This document shows, piece after piece, positions 22,676 to 32,457 of a DNA stretch of 64,000 nucleotides. Origin of the DNA: Candidatus Yanofskybacteria bacterium (GTDB taxonomy: Bacteria; Patescibacteriota; Minisyncoccia; 2-02-FULL-40-12; GWA2-44-9); NCBI GenBank assembly GCA_003514055.1, contig DOSG01000002.1:13985-77984 (forward strand). The letters run 5' to 3'. A program made the position numbers and the translations under genes. Each line of letters starts with the position of its first letter. The first letter of the stretch is position 1. The notes beneath the pieces are model-generated. The model was not told the origin of the DNA and did no database searches. It was given only the letters and a program-made list of their open reading frames with translations.

Positions 22676-22788
22676 GTAAGGTAGCTATACCAAGGGTGCT
22701 CCACCTGATCCCATTCCGAACTCAGAAGTGAAATCCCTTATGGCCCATGATAGTCGGTTTTCCCGGCGAAAGTAGGTAGCTGCCTCAC
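22676..22788 (+). rRNA. rrf: 5S ribosomal RNA
   Basis: ccacctgatcccattccgaactcagaagtgaaa ... gtaggtagctgcctcac aligns to bacterial 5S; helix I pairs with G.U wobbles. Confidence 0.85.
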
Positions 22789-22867
22789 ACTGATCACGAT
22801 TTTTAGTTACTTGCTAATGAGTGTACTACGTGAGACTATATGTCTAGTTCTTTTTGGAGTAAACACG

Positions 22868-23071
22868 ATGACTAAAAGGCGTATATTGATGCTTAATATA
22901 ATCGGTTGGATATTTGGTATTATATGGATTGCCGTGCTTATCATGGGGCTCTTTATCGATGATTTGGCATCTAATATGCCGTGGCTGGGAGCTCATTTGA
23001 TCTCTGGGGTTATCGTAATTATAATTTGTGCAATAAAATACCGCGAGGCTTTGTCTTTCGGAGGTAACTAG
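22868..23071 (+). CDS. Small 2-TM membrane protein, hypothetical (start chosen downstream of the 5S 3' end)
   Basis: ORF with two hydrophobic helices; no recognisable family. Confidence 0.4.
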   Translation: MTKRRILMLNIIGWIFGIIWIAVLIMGLFIDDLASNMPWLGAHLISGVIVIIICAIKYREALSFGGN

Positions 23072-23072
23072 T

Positions 23073-23098
23073 GGGGCTAATCAGCCCTTCTTTTTTTA
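23073..23098 (+). terminator. Weak rho-independent terminator
   Basis: gggct-aatc-agccc then ttcttttttt. Confidence 0.45.
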
Positions 23099-23125
23099 TG
23101 TTGGTTTGATAATATAAGAGTACAT

Positions 23126-23953
23126 ATGGATAAAAGGTCGGCCAAGCAATTCTTCATAGGCGCTATCTATCTGATCATCTTTGCTCTGTTAGCATATGGT
23201 ATTTATGCTATGTTCTTTAAAGTTGTCCCAACATGTACCGATAGTATTCAAAACGGCAAAGAGGTTGGAGTCGATTGTGGCATCCAGGCTGGATGTGAAC
23301 CATGCGGAGAGGCGATTAAACCAATAGACATAATATCTAGCCAGCTAATCAAGGTAAATGAAGGTGACTATGACTTTGTAGCGCAAGCTACTAATCCTAA
23401 CACCGAGCTTGGATCGTCGAGAGTTGATTTCGATTTAGTATATAAATCTAGCGATGGCACCGAGAAGATAAGCCCAGATTTTTTCTATATCGCTCCAGGC
23501 CAGACAAAATACATAGTTAGGCAGAGAGTCCAGATAGAAGATATAGCGTCTGTTGAAATTAAAATTAAGAACGCCGCATGGAGTAAGCTAGATATTGCGA
23601 CTGAACCTGTTAATTTTGTTGTCAAAAAAGATTATGTCGTAGTCAATGCCGATGGTGTCCATAGTCAGGTTCTGGGGACTGTATATAACCCATCAAATTA
23701 TGATTTGAGCAACGTAGATGTAGCCGTTGTTTTATATGGCGAAAGTAATAAGATAATAGCTGTAAATAAGACTGATATAAAAACGTTAAATTCTCAGAGT
23801 GAAAGACAGTTCAAGGTTTTCTGGACGAAGCCATTTGCGGGGACTTATTACCGAGCCGATGTCGAAGTTACTACTAACCTGTTTGATAATTCCAACTTCA
23901 TAAAAGCCCATGGATCAACCGAGGAATTTCAGAGAATTTACGAGAAGAATTAG
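23126..23953 (+). CDS. Membrane-anchored extracytoplasmic protein, hypothetical (two similar beta-rich halves)
   Basis: N-terminal TM then Cys-containing segment (CTDSIQNGKEVGVDCGIQAGCEPCGE); no family recognised. Confidence 0.55.
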   Translation: MDKRSAKQFFIGAIYLIIFALLAYGIYAMFFKVVPTCTDSIQNGKEVGVDCGIQAGCEPCGEAIKPIDIISSQLIKVNEGDYDFVAQATNPNTELGSSRVDFDLVYKSSDGTEKISPDFFYIAPGQTKYIVRQRVQIEDIASVEIKIKNAAWSKLDIATEPVNFVVKKDYVVVNADGVHSQVLGTVYNPSNYDLSNVDVAVVLYGESNKIIAVNKTDIKTLNSQSERQFKVFWTKPFAGTYYRADVEVTTNLFDNSNFIKAHGSTEEFQRIYEKN

Positions 23954-25025
23954 TTTCTATTTCCACGAAATTGATTTTATTTTATTTGCCACCATGGTGG
24001 CAATTTCTTTATTTGGAGTAGTTAATATGTATGGCATATCGGGTAGCGTACACGAGCTAGTCCCGAAGCAGTTATTAATAGTCGTTATCGCTATCTGCGT
24101 GATGACATTCTTCTCTTTCATAAACTATAGGTATCTAAAGAACTATTCTTTCCCGGTAGTGTTCTCGTATGTTGTCTCAATCCTACTACTTCTGTTGACC
24201 TTCTATTCTAGATCTATCCGTGGGGTTAACTCTTGGATCATTTTAGGAAATTATACATTCGAGCCGGTAGAACTGGCGAAGTTGGTTTTAATAATTTTAT
24301 TGGCAAAATTCTTTTCTCAGAGGCATATTCATATAAACGATATCAAGAACATAATAATATCGGGCATATATTTTGGCATTCCGGCCGCTATCATTATTCT
24401 TCAGCCAGATCTTGGATCGGCAATAATATTCTCCTTGATATGGCTATCAATGTTGATGGCTTCTGGCATAAGTAAAAAACATTTCATAATCCTAGTTATC
24501 GCTGGGTTAATAGTATCTGGTTTCGGCTGGAATTTTGTCCTTAAAGATTATCAGAAAACCAGGGTGATCTCTTTTCTGAACCCGTATAAAGATCCAAGGG
24601 GAGCGGGCTATAACTTAATTCAATCGAAGATAGCGATTGGAACCGGCTATTGGTTTGGAAATGGTCTTGGCAACGGAGCTCAGGTGAAGTTGGGTTTCTT
24701 GCCGGAGCCGAAGAATGATTTCGTATTTGCGGCGACGATAGAGCAATTCGGCCTGGTGGGTATGAGTTTGGTTCTGGCCACCATATTGCTTATGCTGTCC
24801 CGGATTGTTAATATTGGCAAGCGTTCAAATAATAATTTTGGTCGCTTGTTCTCTATCGGGCTGGCAGTATTTATATTCGCCCACGTTTTCGTAGGGGCCT
24901 CGGTCAACATCGGTTTGATGCCGGCCACGGGAATACCATTCCCGTTCCTTAGCTATGGAGGTAGCAATCTAATATCGATAGCTATCGGCCTAGGCGTAAT
25001 GCAAAATATTAAAAGAAATTCATAA
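23910..25025 (+). CDS. ftsW: SEDS-family peptidoglycan glycosyltransferase FtsW/RodA
   Basis: C-terminal ...ATGIPFPFLSYGGSNLIS motif; about 10 TM; 44-nt overlap with upstream gene. Confidence 0.85.
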   Translation: MDQPRNFREFTRRISFYFHEIDFILFATMVAISLFGVVNMYGISGSVHELVPKQLLIVVIAICVMTFFSFINYRYLKNYSFPVVFSYVVSILLLLLTFYSRSIRGVNSWIILGNYTFEPVELAKLVLIILLAKFFSQRHIHINDIKNIIISGIYFGIPAAIIILQPDLGSAIIFSLIWLSMLMASGISKKHFIILVIAGLIVSGFGWNFVLKDYQKTRVISFLNPYKDPRGAGYNLIQSKIAIGTGYWFGNGLGNGAQVKLGFLPEPKNDFVFAATIEQFGLVGMSLVLATILLMLSRIVNIGKRSNNNFGRLFSIGLAVFIFAHVFVGASVNIGLMPATGIPFPFLSYGGSNLISIAIGLGVMQNIKRNS

Positions 25026-25029
25026 ATTT

Positions 25030-25290
25030 ATGTATCTAGAGATAGAATTATTCGAGGATCCGCATAAAGTGATAGTTTACCTCAAGGAGGAGTCGGGCAC
25101 CGTTGACTTTGTCGAAATAGTAGCAGACCACAAATTTGACCATGTGTTGATAGGCGCTGTTGACAAATTCTTAAAAAAGAATAAGATTAATCCATTGTCT
25201 TTGAAGGAGGTTAAGGTGGGTGGGCATATTGACAAAAATAGCTCATCGCACAAGATGGTTCTGGCTTTCGTGAGTGCCTTAAATAGCTAG
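25030..25290 (+). CDS. Hypothetical 86-aa protein
   Basis: ORF only; no family recognised. Confidence 0.35.
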   Translation: MYLEIELFEDPHKVIVYLKEESGTVDFVEIVADHKFDHVLIGAVDKFLKKNKINPLSLKEVKVGGHIDKNSSSHKMVLAFVSALNS

Positions 25291-25567
25291 GGATAAAGCC
25301 ATTAATTAATTTGCTAGCCTTTAAATAGATATCAACCGGGAGATTAACTATCGAACCGATTGTGGATATTTAAAAGCTAACAATTCCAGCCCTTCCTTGT
25401 CGAACACACAAAGTAGATAAAATTTTTAAATCGTTGGGCACGACCTGATAGACCGTGTTCGTTTTTAGCGCGTTAAGAGCTATTTAGACTATTTTTCTTT
25501 GTTTGTTAAACTAAATTTCTTAAAAATCGAATTACCGACAGCGTAAGCGGGTAATTGCGATAAAATA

Positions 25568-28500
25568 ATGATGCGCAAAATATTTTCCAAGCATTCGGTA
25601 GAAAATTTTGAAGCTCCAAATTTAGTCCAAGTCCAATTGGATTCGTATAGATGGTTTTTGGATCATGGACTCAAGGAATTATTAAAAGACGTATCTCCGG
25701 TAGACGACTGGACGGGTAAAGAGCTTAAGCTTAGTTTTTTGGATTTTAAGCTGGACGAGCCAAAGTACAAGGAGAGAGTAGCGCTTGAGAAAAACATAAC
25801 CTACGAAGCGCCCCTCAAAGTTAAGGTTGGCCTAGAGAACAAAAGAACTGGCCAATACAGAGAGCAGGAATTATTCTTAGCAGATTTCCCCCTAATGACG
25901 CCTAGGGGTACTTTTATTATCAATGGTGTCGAGAGAGTCGTCATATCACAATTAATTAGAAGCCCAGGCGCCCTATTCTCATTATCAAAATCAAGTCGCT
26001 TTAAGCGATATTTTGGTGCCAAATTAATTCCTGCTCGTGGCGCATGGCTAGAATTTGAAACCGAATATAACGGAGTAATATCAGCCAGGATAGACAGAAA
26101 GAGAAAAGTTCCAGTTACCGCTATCTTGAGGGCTTTTGGTATATCTAAAGACGATGATATCAAGAAACATTTTGTAGACGTTGATACCGATGAGCAAACT
26201 AAGTTCATATTGTCCACGATTTTAGCTGATCCATCTTCGAACGAAGAAGAGGGCTTAATTGAGATGTATAAGAGGATAAGGCCTGGAGATCCGGCTACGG
26301 TTGATAATGCTAGGCAGATGATACATAACATGTTCTTTAACCCGGCTCGTTATGATTTATCAAAAGTTGGCAGATTCAGAACCAACAAAAGATTTAATGA
26401 AGAGATCGGCTTAGAAGATCCACAGGAGAGAGTTCTGAGAGCTCAAGATATTATAAATATTTTGAAAGAGATAATTAGGCTGAATAACGATCCTCATTCC
26501 GAGCCAGACAACATAGATCACCTTGGCAATAGGAGAGTTAAGACTTTAGGCGAATTGCTACAAGATAGATTGAGAGTAGCTTTTGCCAGGATGGAGAGAA
26601 TTATAAAAGACAGAATGAGTACCATGGAACCGGAGTCAGTCATGCCGGCACAGCTCATCAATTCTCGACCCTTTGTGGCCGCATTAAAAGAATTTTTCGC
26701 TTCTGGTCAACTTTCACAATTCATGGACCAACATAATCCGTTGGCCGAATTAGAGCACAAGAGAAGACTATCGGCTCTGGGTCCTGGAGGTCTAACTCGA
26801 GAAAGGGCTAGCTTTGAAGTAAGAGACGTTCACCCCTCACACTATGGGAGGATTTGTCCTATCGCAACTCCAGAAGGTCCTAATATCGGTTTGGTTGGAC
26901 ACTTAGCCTTGTATTCCAAGATTTCTCCTCTCGGTTTTATTCTTACGCCGTATATAAAAGTAATCGACAGTAAGGTTACGGACGAGGTAATATACATGGA
27001 TGCCACCGAGGAAGAAAGACATATTATAGCTCAGGCCGGAGCCGAAATAGATAAGAATGGTAAGCTTGTTGGCGACAAGATCGTGGCTAGATTAAAAGGT
27101 GAGCCTGGTACGGCCATGCCATCGGAAATAAATTATATAGACGTTTCTCCAAGGCAACAGTTTTCTGTAGCCACCTCTTTGATTCCATTCTTAGAGCACG
27201 ATGACGCTAATCGCGCCTTGATGGGATCGAATATGCAAAGACAAGCTGTTCCGCTGATTATGCCAGAGGCGCCTTATGTTGGAACCGGCCTAGAGGGTAA
27301 GATCGCGAAAGATTCGGGATTAGTCACTCTTGCTTCTGAAAATGGAGTAATCAAAGAAGTTGATTCAGGCCACATTACCCTAGAGACTGAGAAGGGCAAG
27401 GATATCGAATATGATTTAATAAAATTTGCTAAGTCTAATGCATTCACTTGTATTAATCAAAGGCCAATAATAGCGAAAGGCGACAAAGTTAAAAAAGGAC
27501 AGCCTTTGGCGGACGGACCGTCTACTGACAAGGGCGAGCTGGCTCTTGGAAGGAATTTAGTTATGGCTTTTATGTCTTTTGACGGATGCAACTTTGAAGA
27601 CGCCATTGTTCTCTCAGATAGATTGGTCAAGGAAGACATTCTCTCGTCTATTCACATAGAAGACTATTCGACTGATGTTCGTGAGACTAAGCTTGGTCCA
27701 GAGGTAACTACTTACGATATTCCGAACGTAGCCATGGAAAGATTGAATGATCTTGATCCAGATGGCGTAGTTAGGGTTGGAGCCGAAGTCAGGTCTCAAG
27801 ATATTCTAATTGGTAAGATTTCACCAAAAGGTGAGAGCGATTTAACGGCAGAGGAGAGATTGCTAAGAGCTATATTCGGCGAGAAATCTAGAGATGTTAA
27901 AGATACGTCACTAAGATTAAGCTATGGTAAGCAGGGCAGAGTTGTTGACGTTAAGACGTTTTCGAGAGACGAGGGTGACAAGCTGGATGTTGGCGTTATC
28001 AAAAGAATCCAAGTCTCAGTGGCCGAATTAAGAAAAATTCAAGTAGGCGATAAACTAGCCGGAAGACACGGAAACAAAGGAGTAATTTCAATAATATTAC
28101 CGAAAGAAGATATGCCATTTTTGCCAGATGGAACCCCAGTTGATATGGTGTTGTCTCCATTAGGCATCATTTCTCGTATGAATATCGGACAAGTACTCGA
28201 AGCCCATCTAGGATTAGCTGCTAAAAAATTAGATTACCATGCCGCAACTCCAGCTATGGCCGGACCGACCGAGGAAACAATCAAGGAAGAACTTGAGAAG
28301 GCTGGATATCCAGTCGACGGTAAGATTCAACTATATGACGGTAGAACCGGATTACCATTTGATCAAAAGTCATTTGTTGGTGTTACCTATTTCATGAAGC
28401 TTATTCACATGGTGGAGGACAAGATCCACATGAGATCTATCGGTCCTTATTCTCTAATTACCCAGCAGCCGCTAGGAGGGAAGGCTCAGTTTGGCGGACA

Positions 28501-28726
28501 AAGATTTGGAGAGATGGAAGTCTGGGCTCTAGAGGGATATGGCGCGGCACACACATTACAAGAAATGCTAACTATCAAGTCTGACGATGTTTTGGGTCGA
28601 GCAAAGACTTACGAATCAATAGTAAACGGTGAGAAGATAAGAGCTCCACATCTGCCGGAATCATTTAAGGTTTTGGTCTCAGAAATAAAGGGCTTGGGCT
28701 TAAACGTAGAACTTATCGAAAGATAA
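25568..28726 (+). CDS. rpoB: DNA-directed RNA polymerase beta subunit (compact, 1052 aa)
   Basis: Conserved RpoB blocks throughout (e.g. FGEMEVWALEGYGAA). Confidence 0.97.
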   Translation: MMRKIFSKHSVENFEAPNLVQVQLDSYRWFLDHGLKELLKDVSPVDDWTGKELKLSFLDFKLDEPKYKERVALEKNITYEAPLKVKVGLENKRTGQYREQELFLADFPLMTPRGTFIINGVERVVISQLIRSPGALFSLSKSSRFKRYFGAKLIPARGAWLEFETEYNGVISARIDRKRKVPVTAILRAFGISKDDDIKKHFVDVDTDEQTKFILSTILADPSSNEEEGLIEMYKRIRPGDPATVDNARQMIHNMFFNPARYDLSKVGRFRTNKRFNEEIGLEDPQERVLRAQDIINILKEIIRLNNDPHSEPDNIDHLGNRRVKTLGELLQDRLRVAFARMERIIKDRMSTMEPESVMPAQLINSRPFVAALKEFFASGQLSQFMDQHNPLAELEHKRRLSALGPGGLTRERASFEVRDVHPSHYGRICPIATPEGPNIGLVGHLALYSKISPLGFILTPYIKVIDSKVTDEVIYMDATEEERHIIAQAGAEIDKNGKLVGDKIVARLKGEPGTAMPSEINYIDVSPRQQFSVATSLIPFLEHDDANRALMGSNMQRQAVPLIMPEAPYVGTGLEGKIAKDSGLVTLASENGVIKEVDSGHITLETEKGKDIEYDLIKFAKSNAFTCINQRPIIAKGDKVKKGQPLADGPSTDKGELALGRNLVMAFMSFDGCNFEDAIVLSDRLVKEDILSSIHIEDYSTDVRETKLGPEVTTYDIPNVAMERLNDLDPDGVVRVGAEVRSQDILIGKISPKGESDLTAEERLLRAIFGEKSRDVKDTSLRLSYGKQGRVVDVKTFSRDEGDKLDVGVIKRIQVSVAELRKIQVGDKLAGRHGNKGVISIILPKEDMPFLPDGTPVDMVLSPLGIISRMNIGQVLEAHLGLAAKKLDYHAATPAMAGPTEETIKEELEKAGYPVDGKIQLYDGRTGLPFDQKSFVGVTYFMKLIHMVEDKIHMRSIGPYSLITQQPLGGKAQFGGQRFGEMEVWALEGYGAAHTLQEMLTIKSDDVLGRAKTYESIVNGEKIRAPHLPESFKVLVSEIKGLGLNVELIER

Positions 28727-28744
28727 CTTCACCCAAAATATAAA

Positions 28745-31700
28745 ATGAATCTATCATCTATAAAACTAAAGGTCGCATCGCCAGAAGATATCTTATCGTG
28801 GTCATACGGTGAAGTTACAAAGCCGGAGACTATAAACTACAGAACTCAGAAACCCGAGAGAGAAGGGCTATTCTCAGAAGCTATCTTCGGTCCAACTAAG
28901 GACTGGGAATGTTATTGCGGTAAGTACAAGAGAATTCGATATAAGGGAATCATCTGCGATAGGTGCGGTGTTGAAGTCACGCGCTCAATTGTTAGAAGAG
29001 AGAGAATGGGACACATTAAGCTGGCCGCACCAGTCGCGCATATTTGGTTTTTGAGAGGTGTGCCGTCAAAGATTGCCGCCATACTTGGCGTCTCCTTGCC
29101 AGAACTTGAGAAGGTCGTCTACTTTGCCAGCTATGTAGTCATGAAAGTGAACGAAGACTTGAAGGCCGAAGCTATGAAGAGAGTTGAGGGCGAATTTAAG
29201 TCTAAGATAAAAAATCTAGCCGAAGGATCAGATGAGGAAAGGGCTTTGAAAGAGTTGAAAGACAGAGAAAGAAATAATCTTAGGAATTTAGTTAAGTACC
29301 AAATTATTTCAGAGCTAGACTTTAGAGATCTATCATTAAAATATGGTGAAGTTTTTGAAGCTGGTATCGGCGCTGAAGCTATCCGAAGATTGCTCGAAGA
29401 TATAAACCTTGAAGATGCAATCGTCAACTTAGAGGCTGAGGCCAAGAATGAGACCAATCCTCTGGAGGCCAAGAAGATGGCAAGAAGGATGAAGTTCTTA
29501 AGGGGTATGCATCGAGCCGGAATAAGGCCCGAGTGGATGGTTATAACTATTCTGCCGATTATCCCGCCATCACTAAGACCGATGGTGCCTTTGGATGGTG
29601 GAAGATACGCTACGTCCGATCTAAATGATTTGTACAGAAGAGTAATCAATAGAAATAATAGACTAAAGCATTTAATAGAATTAAAGGCGCCCGAAGTAAT
29701 TACCAAGAACGAGAAGAGAATGCTTCAAGAAGCCGTCGATGCTCTGATTGATAATTCCATGAGAAGAGGTCAGGTTACTACTGCCGCTTCGACTGGGCAG
29801 AAGAGGGCTCTCAAGTCTCTAGCTGACATGCTTAAAGGTAAACAGGGACGTTTTAGACAGAATTTACTTGGAAAAAGAGTAGATTACTCAGGCCGAAGCG
29901 TTATCGTAGTCGGTCCAGAGATGAGTATGGATGAATGCGGCTTGCCGAAACGTATGGCTCTAGAATTATTCAAGCCTTTTGTTATCGGTATTTTAATTAG
30001 AAAAGAATTAGCTCACAACATTAAGTCAGCCGGTAGATTGATTGAGCAAGAGACGCCAGACGTTTGGGCGGCTTTAGAAGAAGCCATGACCGAGAAGCTG
30101 GTATTGCTAAATCGTGCTCCAACATTGCACAGATTGTCTGTTCAAGCTTTTAAGCCAACTCTTATTGAGGGTAAGGCTATAAAGGTCCCAGCACTACCAA
30201 CGACAGCGTTTAACGCCGACTTCGACGGTGACCAAATGGCCGTTCATTTGCCATTGACTGACGAAGCTCAAAAAGAAGCTAGAGAATTGATGTTGGCTTC
30301 ACGAGGAATACTCAAGCCAGCTACTGGCGAGCCGGTAGCCGTTCCTAAGAATGACGTTGTCTTAGGTGTTTACTATCTAACCAGCATTAACGAGGGTGGA
30401 AAGGGCGAGGGTAAGTTTTTTGGAAGTACTGAGGAAGCCATGATGGCTCTAAGTAATGATTTTATAGAATTAAGATCTAAGATCAAAATTCAGAATCCTG
30501 ACAAGACCGAGGGGCAACCTAGATTGGTAGAGACAACAGTCGGACGTCTAATATTTAATCAGGCATTACCCGAAGGTCACAAGTTCGTAAATAGGACCAT
30601 AGCCAAACACGACCTAAAGAATATCGAATCAGATATCTGGGATGAGAACCCGTTTGAAGTCATAGTAAAGTTTCTTAATACGATTACGAGTCTTGGATTC
30701 AAGTACGCGACCATATCTGGATTGTCTTGGGGTATGGATGACATCAGAATCCCGAAAGAGAAGCCTCAAATCATCGAAGAGGCCGACAAGCTGACCGAAG
30801 AGAATATGCAATTATATGAACAGGGATTATTGACTGAGTATGAAAGAAAATCTAGAGCTATTGAAATATGGAATGGTGCTAAAAATAAACTGTCAGTCTT
30901 GGTCAAAAAATCGCTAGGCCCCAATGACTCGGCTTACATGATGGTTGAATCGAAAGCCAGAGGAAGCTGGACGGTGCTAGATCAAATGATGGGTATGAGA
31001 GGTATTTTCGCTAATCCGTCTGGAGAACTAATCGAACTACCAGTTAGGAGTTCTCTTAAGGAAGGCTTGGCCCCACTTGAATATTTCATTTCAACTCACG
31101 GCGCTAGAAAGGGATTAGTAGACACCGCTCTTAAGACTGCAACTGCGGGCTATTTAACCAGAAGACTAGTTGATGTTGCTCAGGATATCGTCATCACCGA
31201 AGAAGACTGTAAGGATAAAGAGGGATATATCTTGTATGCCGACGATAAAAAGTTTAGTGGTGATACTCTTGGTAAAAGAATTAAGGGGAGGGTTGTCATG
31301 GATGATATTCTTGGCGATGACGGCGAAGTCATAGTTAAGAAGGGCAAAATCGTAGACAAAGAAACAGCCAAGAGAGTAGAAAGCTTGAAACTTGAGAAGA
31401 TAAGAATCCGATCGTTGCTTAAATGTAAATCTCTAGCTGGTGTCTGCAGAATGTGCTATGGCTACGATCTATCAAAGAATAAATTAGTTGAGATTGGCGA
31501 GGCCGTAGGAGTTGTTACGGCTCAGGCAATTGGAGAGCCTGGCACCCAGTTAACCATGAGAACATTCCATACTGGAGGTGTTGCTGGTGGCGGTGCCGAC
31601 ATTACGATGGGTCTACCTCGCGTTGAAGAAATATTTGAGGCCCGACCGCCATCATTTAAGGCTCTTGTCTCTGATGTTGATGGTAAAGTCGTATCCGTGG

Positions 31701-32326
31701 AGGAGAAGGGAAAGCAGAAAATACTTACTATCCAAGTATCGGGTACAGGTGAGAATAGAGAATACGCAGTTTCTCCAAATATCGCCATCGCCGTAGTTGC
31801 CGGAGACTTTGTTACTCTTGGTCAGCAATTGAGCGAAGGTAACATAGACATTAAGGACTTATATCACGTCACAAAGGATGCCGACTTGGTTGCTAGAAAT
31901 ATAATCAGAGAAGTCCAAGCCATCTACTTCCCAACCGGAGATAGTATTAACGACAAACACGTTGAGCTCATTACTCGACAGATGTTTTCTAGAGTGAAGG
32001 TCCTAAATCCTGGCGATACAGATTTGCTATCCGGTGATATCATGGAGAAGAGGAGAGTCTGGCAAGAAAACGCCGTAGCCAAGGATGGAGATAAGCTTGA
32101 GGCGACCTATGAGCAATTACTATCTGGTATAACTAGAGTATCGTTAACGACTGATAGCTTCTTGTCGTCAGCCTCATTCCAAGAAACGGCCAAGGTATTG
32201 ATCGAAAGCGCGACAGTTGGTAAGGAGGACTTCTTAAGAGGTCTAAAAGAAAATGTTATTATTGGCCGCCTGATACCAGCTGGTACGGGCCTAAACAGCG
32301 AAATTGAGGAGATGATAGAGGAGTAA
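28745..32326 (+). CDS. rpoC: DNA-directed RNA polymerase beta' subunit
   Basis: NADFDGDQMAVH catalytic motif, Zn-binding Cys clusters. Confidence 0.97.
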   Translation: MNLSSIKLKVASPEDILSWSYGEVTKPETINYRTQKPEREGLFSEAIFGPTKDWECYCGKYKRIRYKGIICDRCGVEVTRSIVRRERMGHIKLAAPVAHIWFLRGVPSKIAAILGVSLPELEKVVYFASYVVMKVNEDLKAEAMKRVEGEFKSKIKNLAEGSDEERALKELKDRERNNLRNLVKYQIISELDFRDLSLKYGEVFEAGIGAEAIRRLLEDINLEDAIVNLEAEAKNETNPLEAKKMARRMKFLRGMHRAGIRPEWMVITILPIIPPSLRPMVPLDGGRYATSDLNDLYRRVINRNNRLKHLIELKAPEVITKNEKRMLQEAVDALIDNSMRRGQVTTAASTGQKRALKSLADMLKGKQGRFRQNLLGKRVDYSGRSVIVVGPEMSMDECGLPKRMALELFKPFVIGILIRKELAHNIKSAGRLIEQETPDVWAALEEAMTEKLVLLNRAPTLHRLSVQAFKPTLIEGKAIKVPALPTTAFNADFDGDQMAVHLPLTDEAQKEARELMLASRGILKPATGEPVAVPKNDVVLGVYYLTSINEGGKGEGKFFGSTEEAMMALSNDFIELRSKIKIQNPDKTEGQPRLVETTVGRLIFNQALPEGHKFVNRTIAKHDLKNIESDIWDENPFEVIVKFLNTITSLGFKYATISGLSWGMDDIRIPKEKPQIIEEADKLTEENMQLYEQGLLTEYERKSRAIEIWNGAKNKLSVLVKKSLGPNDSAYMMVESKARGSWTVLDQMMGMRGIFANPSGELIELPVRSSLKEGLAPLEYFISTHGARKGLVDTALKTATAGYLTRRLVDVAQDIVITEEDCKDKEGYILYADDKKFSGDTLGKRIKGRVVMDDILGDDGEVIVKKGKIVDKETAKRVESLKLEKIRIRSLLKCKSLAGVCRMCYGYDLSKNKLVEIGEAVGVVTAQAIGEPGTQLTMRTFHTGGVAGGGADITMGLPRVEEIFEARPPSFKALVSDVDGKVVSVEEKGKQKILTIQVSGTGENREYAVSPNIAIAVVAGDFVTLGQQLSEGNIDIKDLYHVTKDADLVARNIIREVQAIYFPTGDSINDKHVELITRQMFSRVKVLNPGDTDLLSGDIMEKRRVWQENAVAKDGDKLEATYEQLLSGITRVSLTTDSFLSSASFQETAKVLIESATVGKEDFLRGLKENVIIGRLIPAGTGLNSEIEEMIEE

Positions 32327-32333
32327 TCAACGA

Positions 32334-32372
32334 GATAAACAAAACCGCCCCTTTGGGGCGGTTTTGTTTATC
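32334..32372. terminator. Strong terminator (18-bp perfect stem) after rpoC
   Basis: gataaacaaaaccgcccc-ttt-ggggcggttttgtttatc. Confidence 0.85.
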
Positions 32373-32457
32373 TGCCACAATAATTATCCGCCTTTTTACT
32401 TGCTAACTTGGCCAGATTATTTGTATACTTATAAGGCAATTAAAATCATGGGAAGAC

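Noticed and set aside
22811-22867. Upstream extension of the small membrane-protein ORF to 22811
   Set aside because: It would start 20 nt after the 5S rRNA 3' end, inside the rRNA trailer, so the internal ATG at 22868 is preferred. Confidence is still low.
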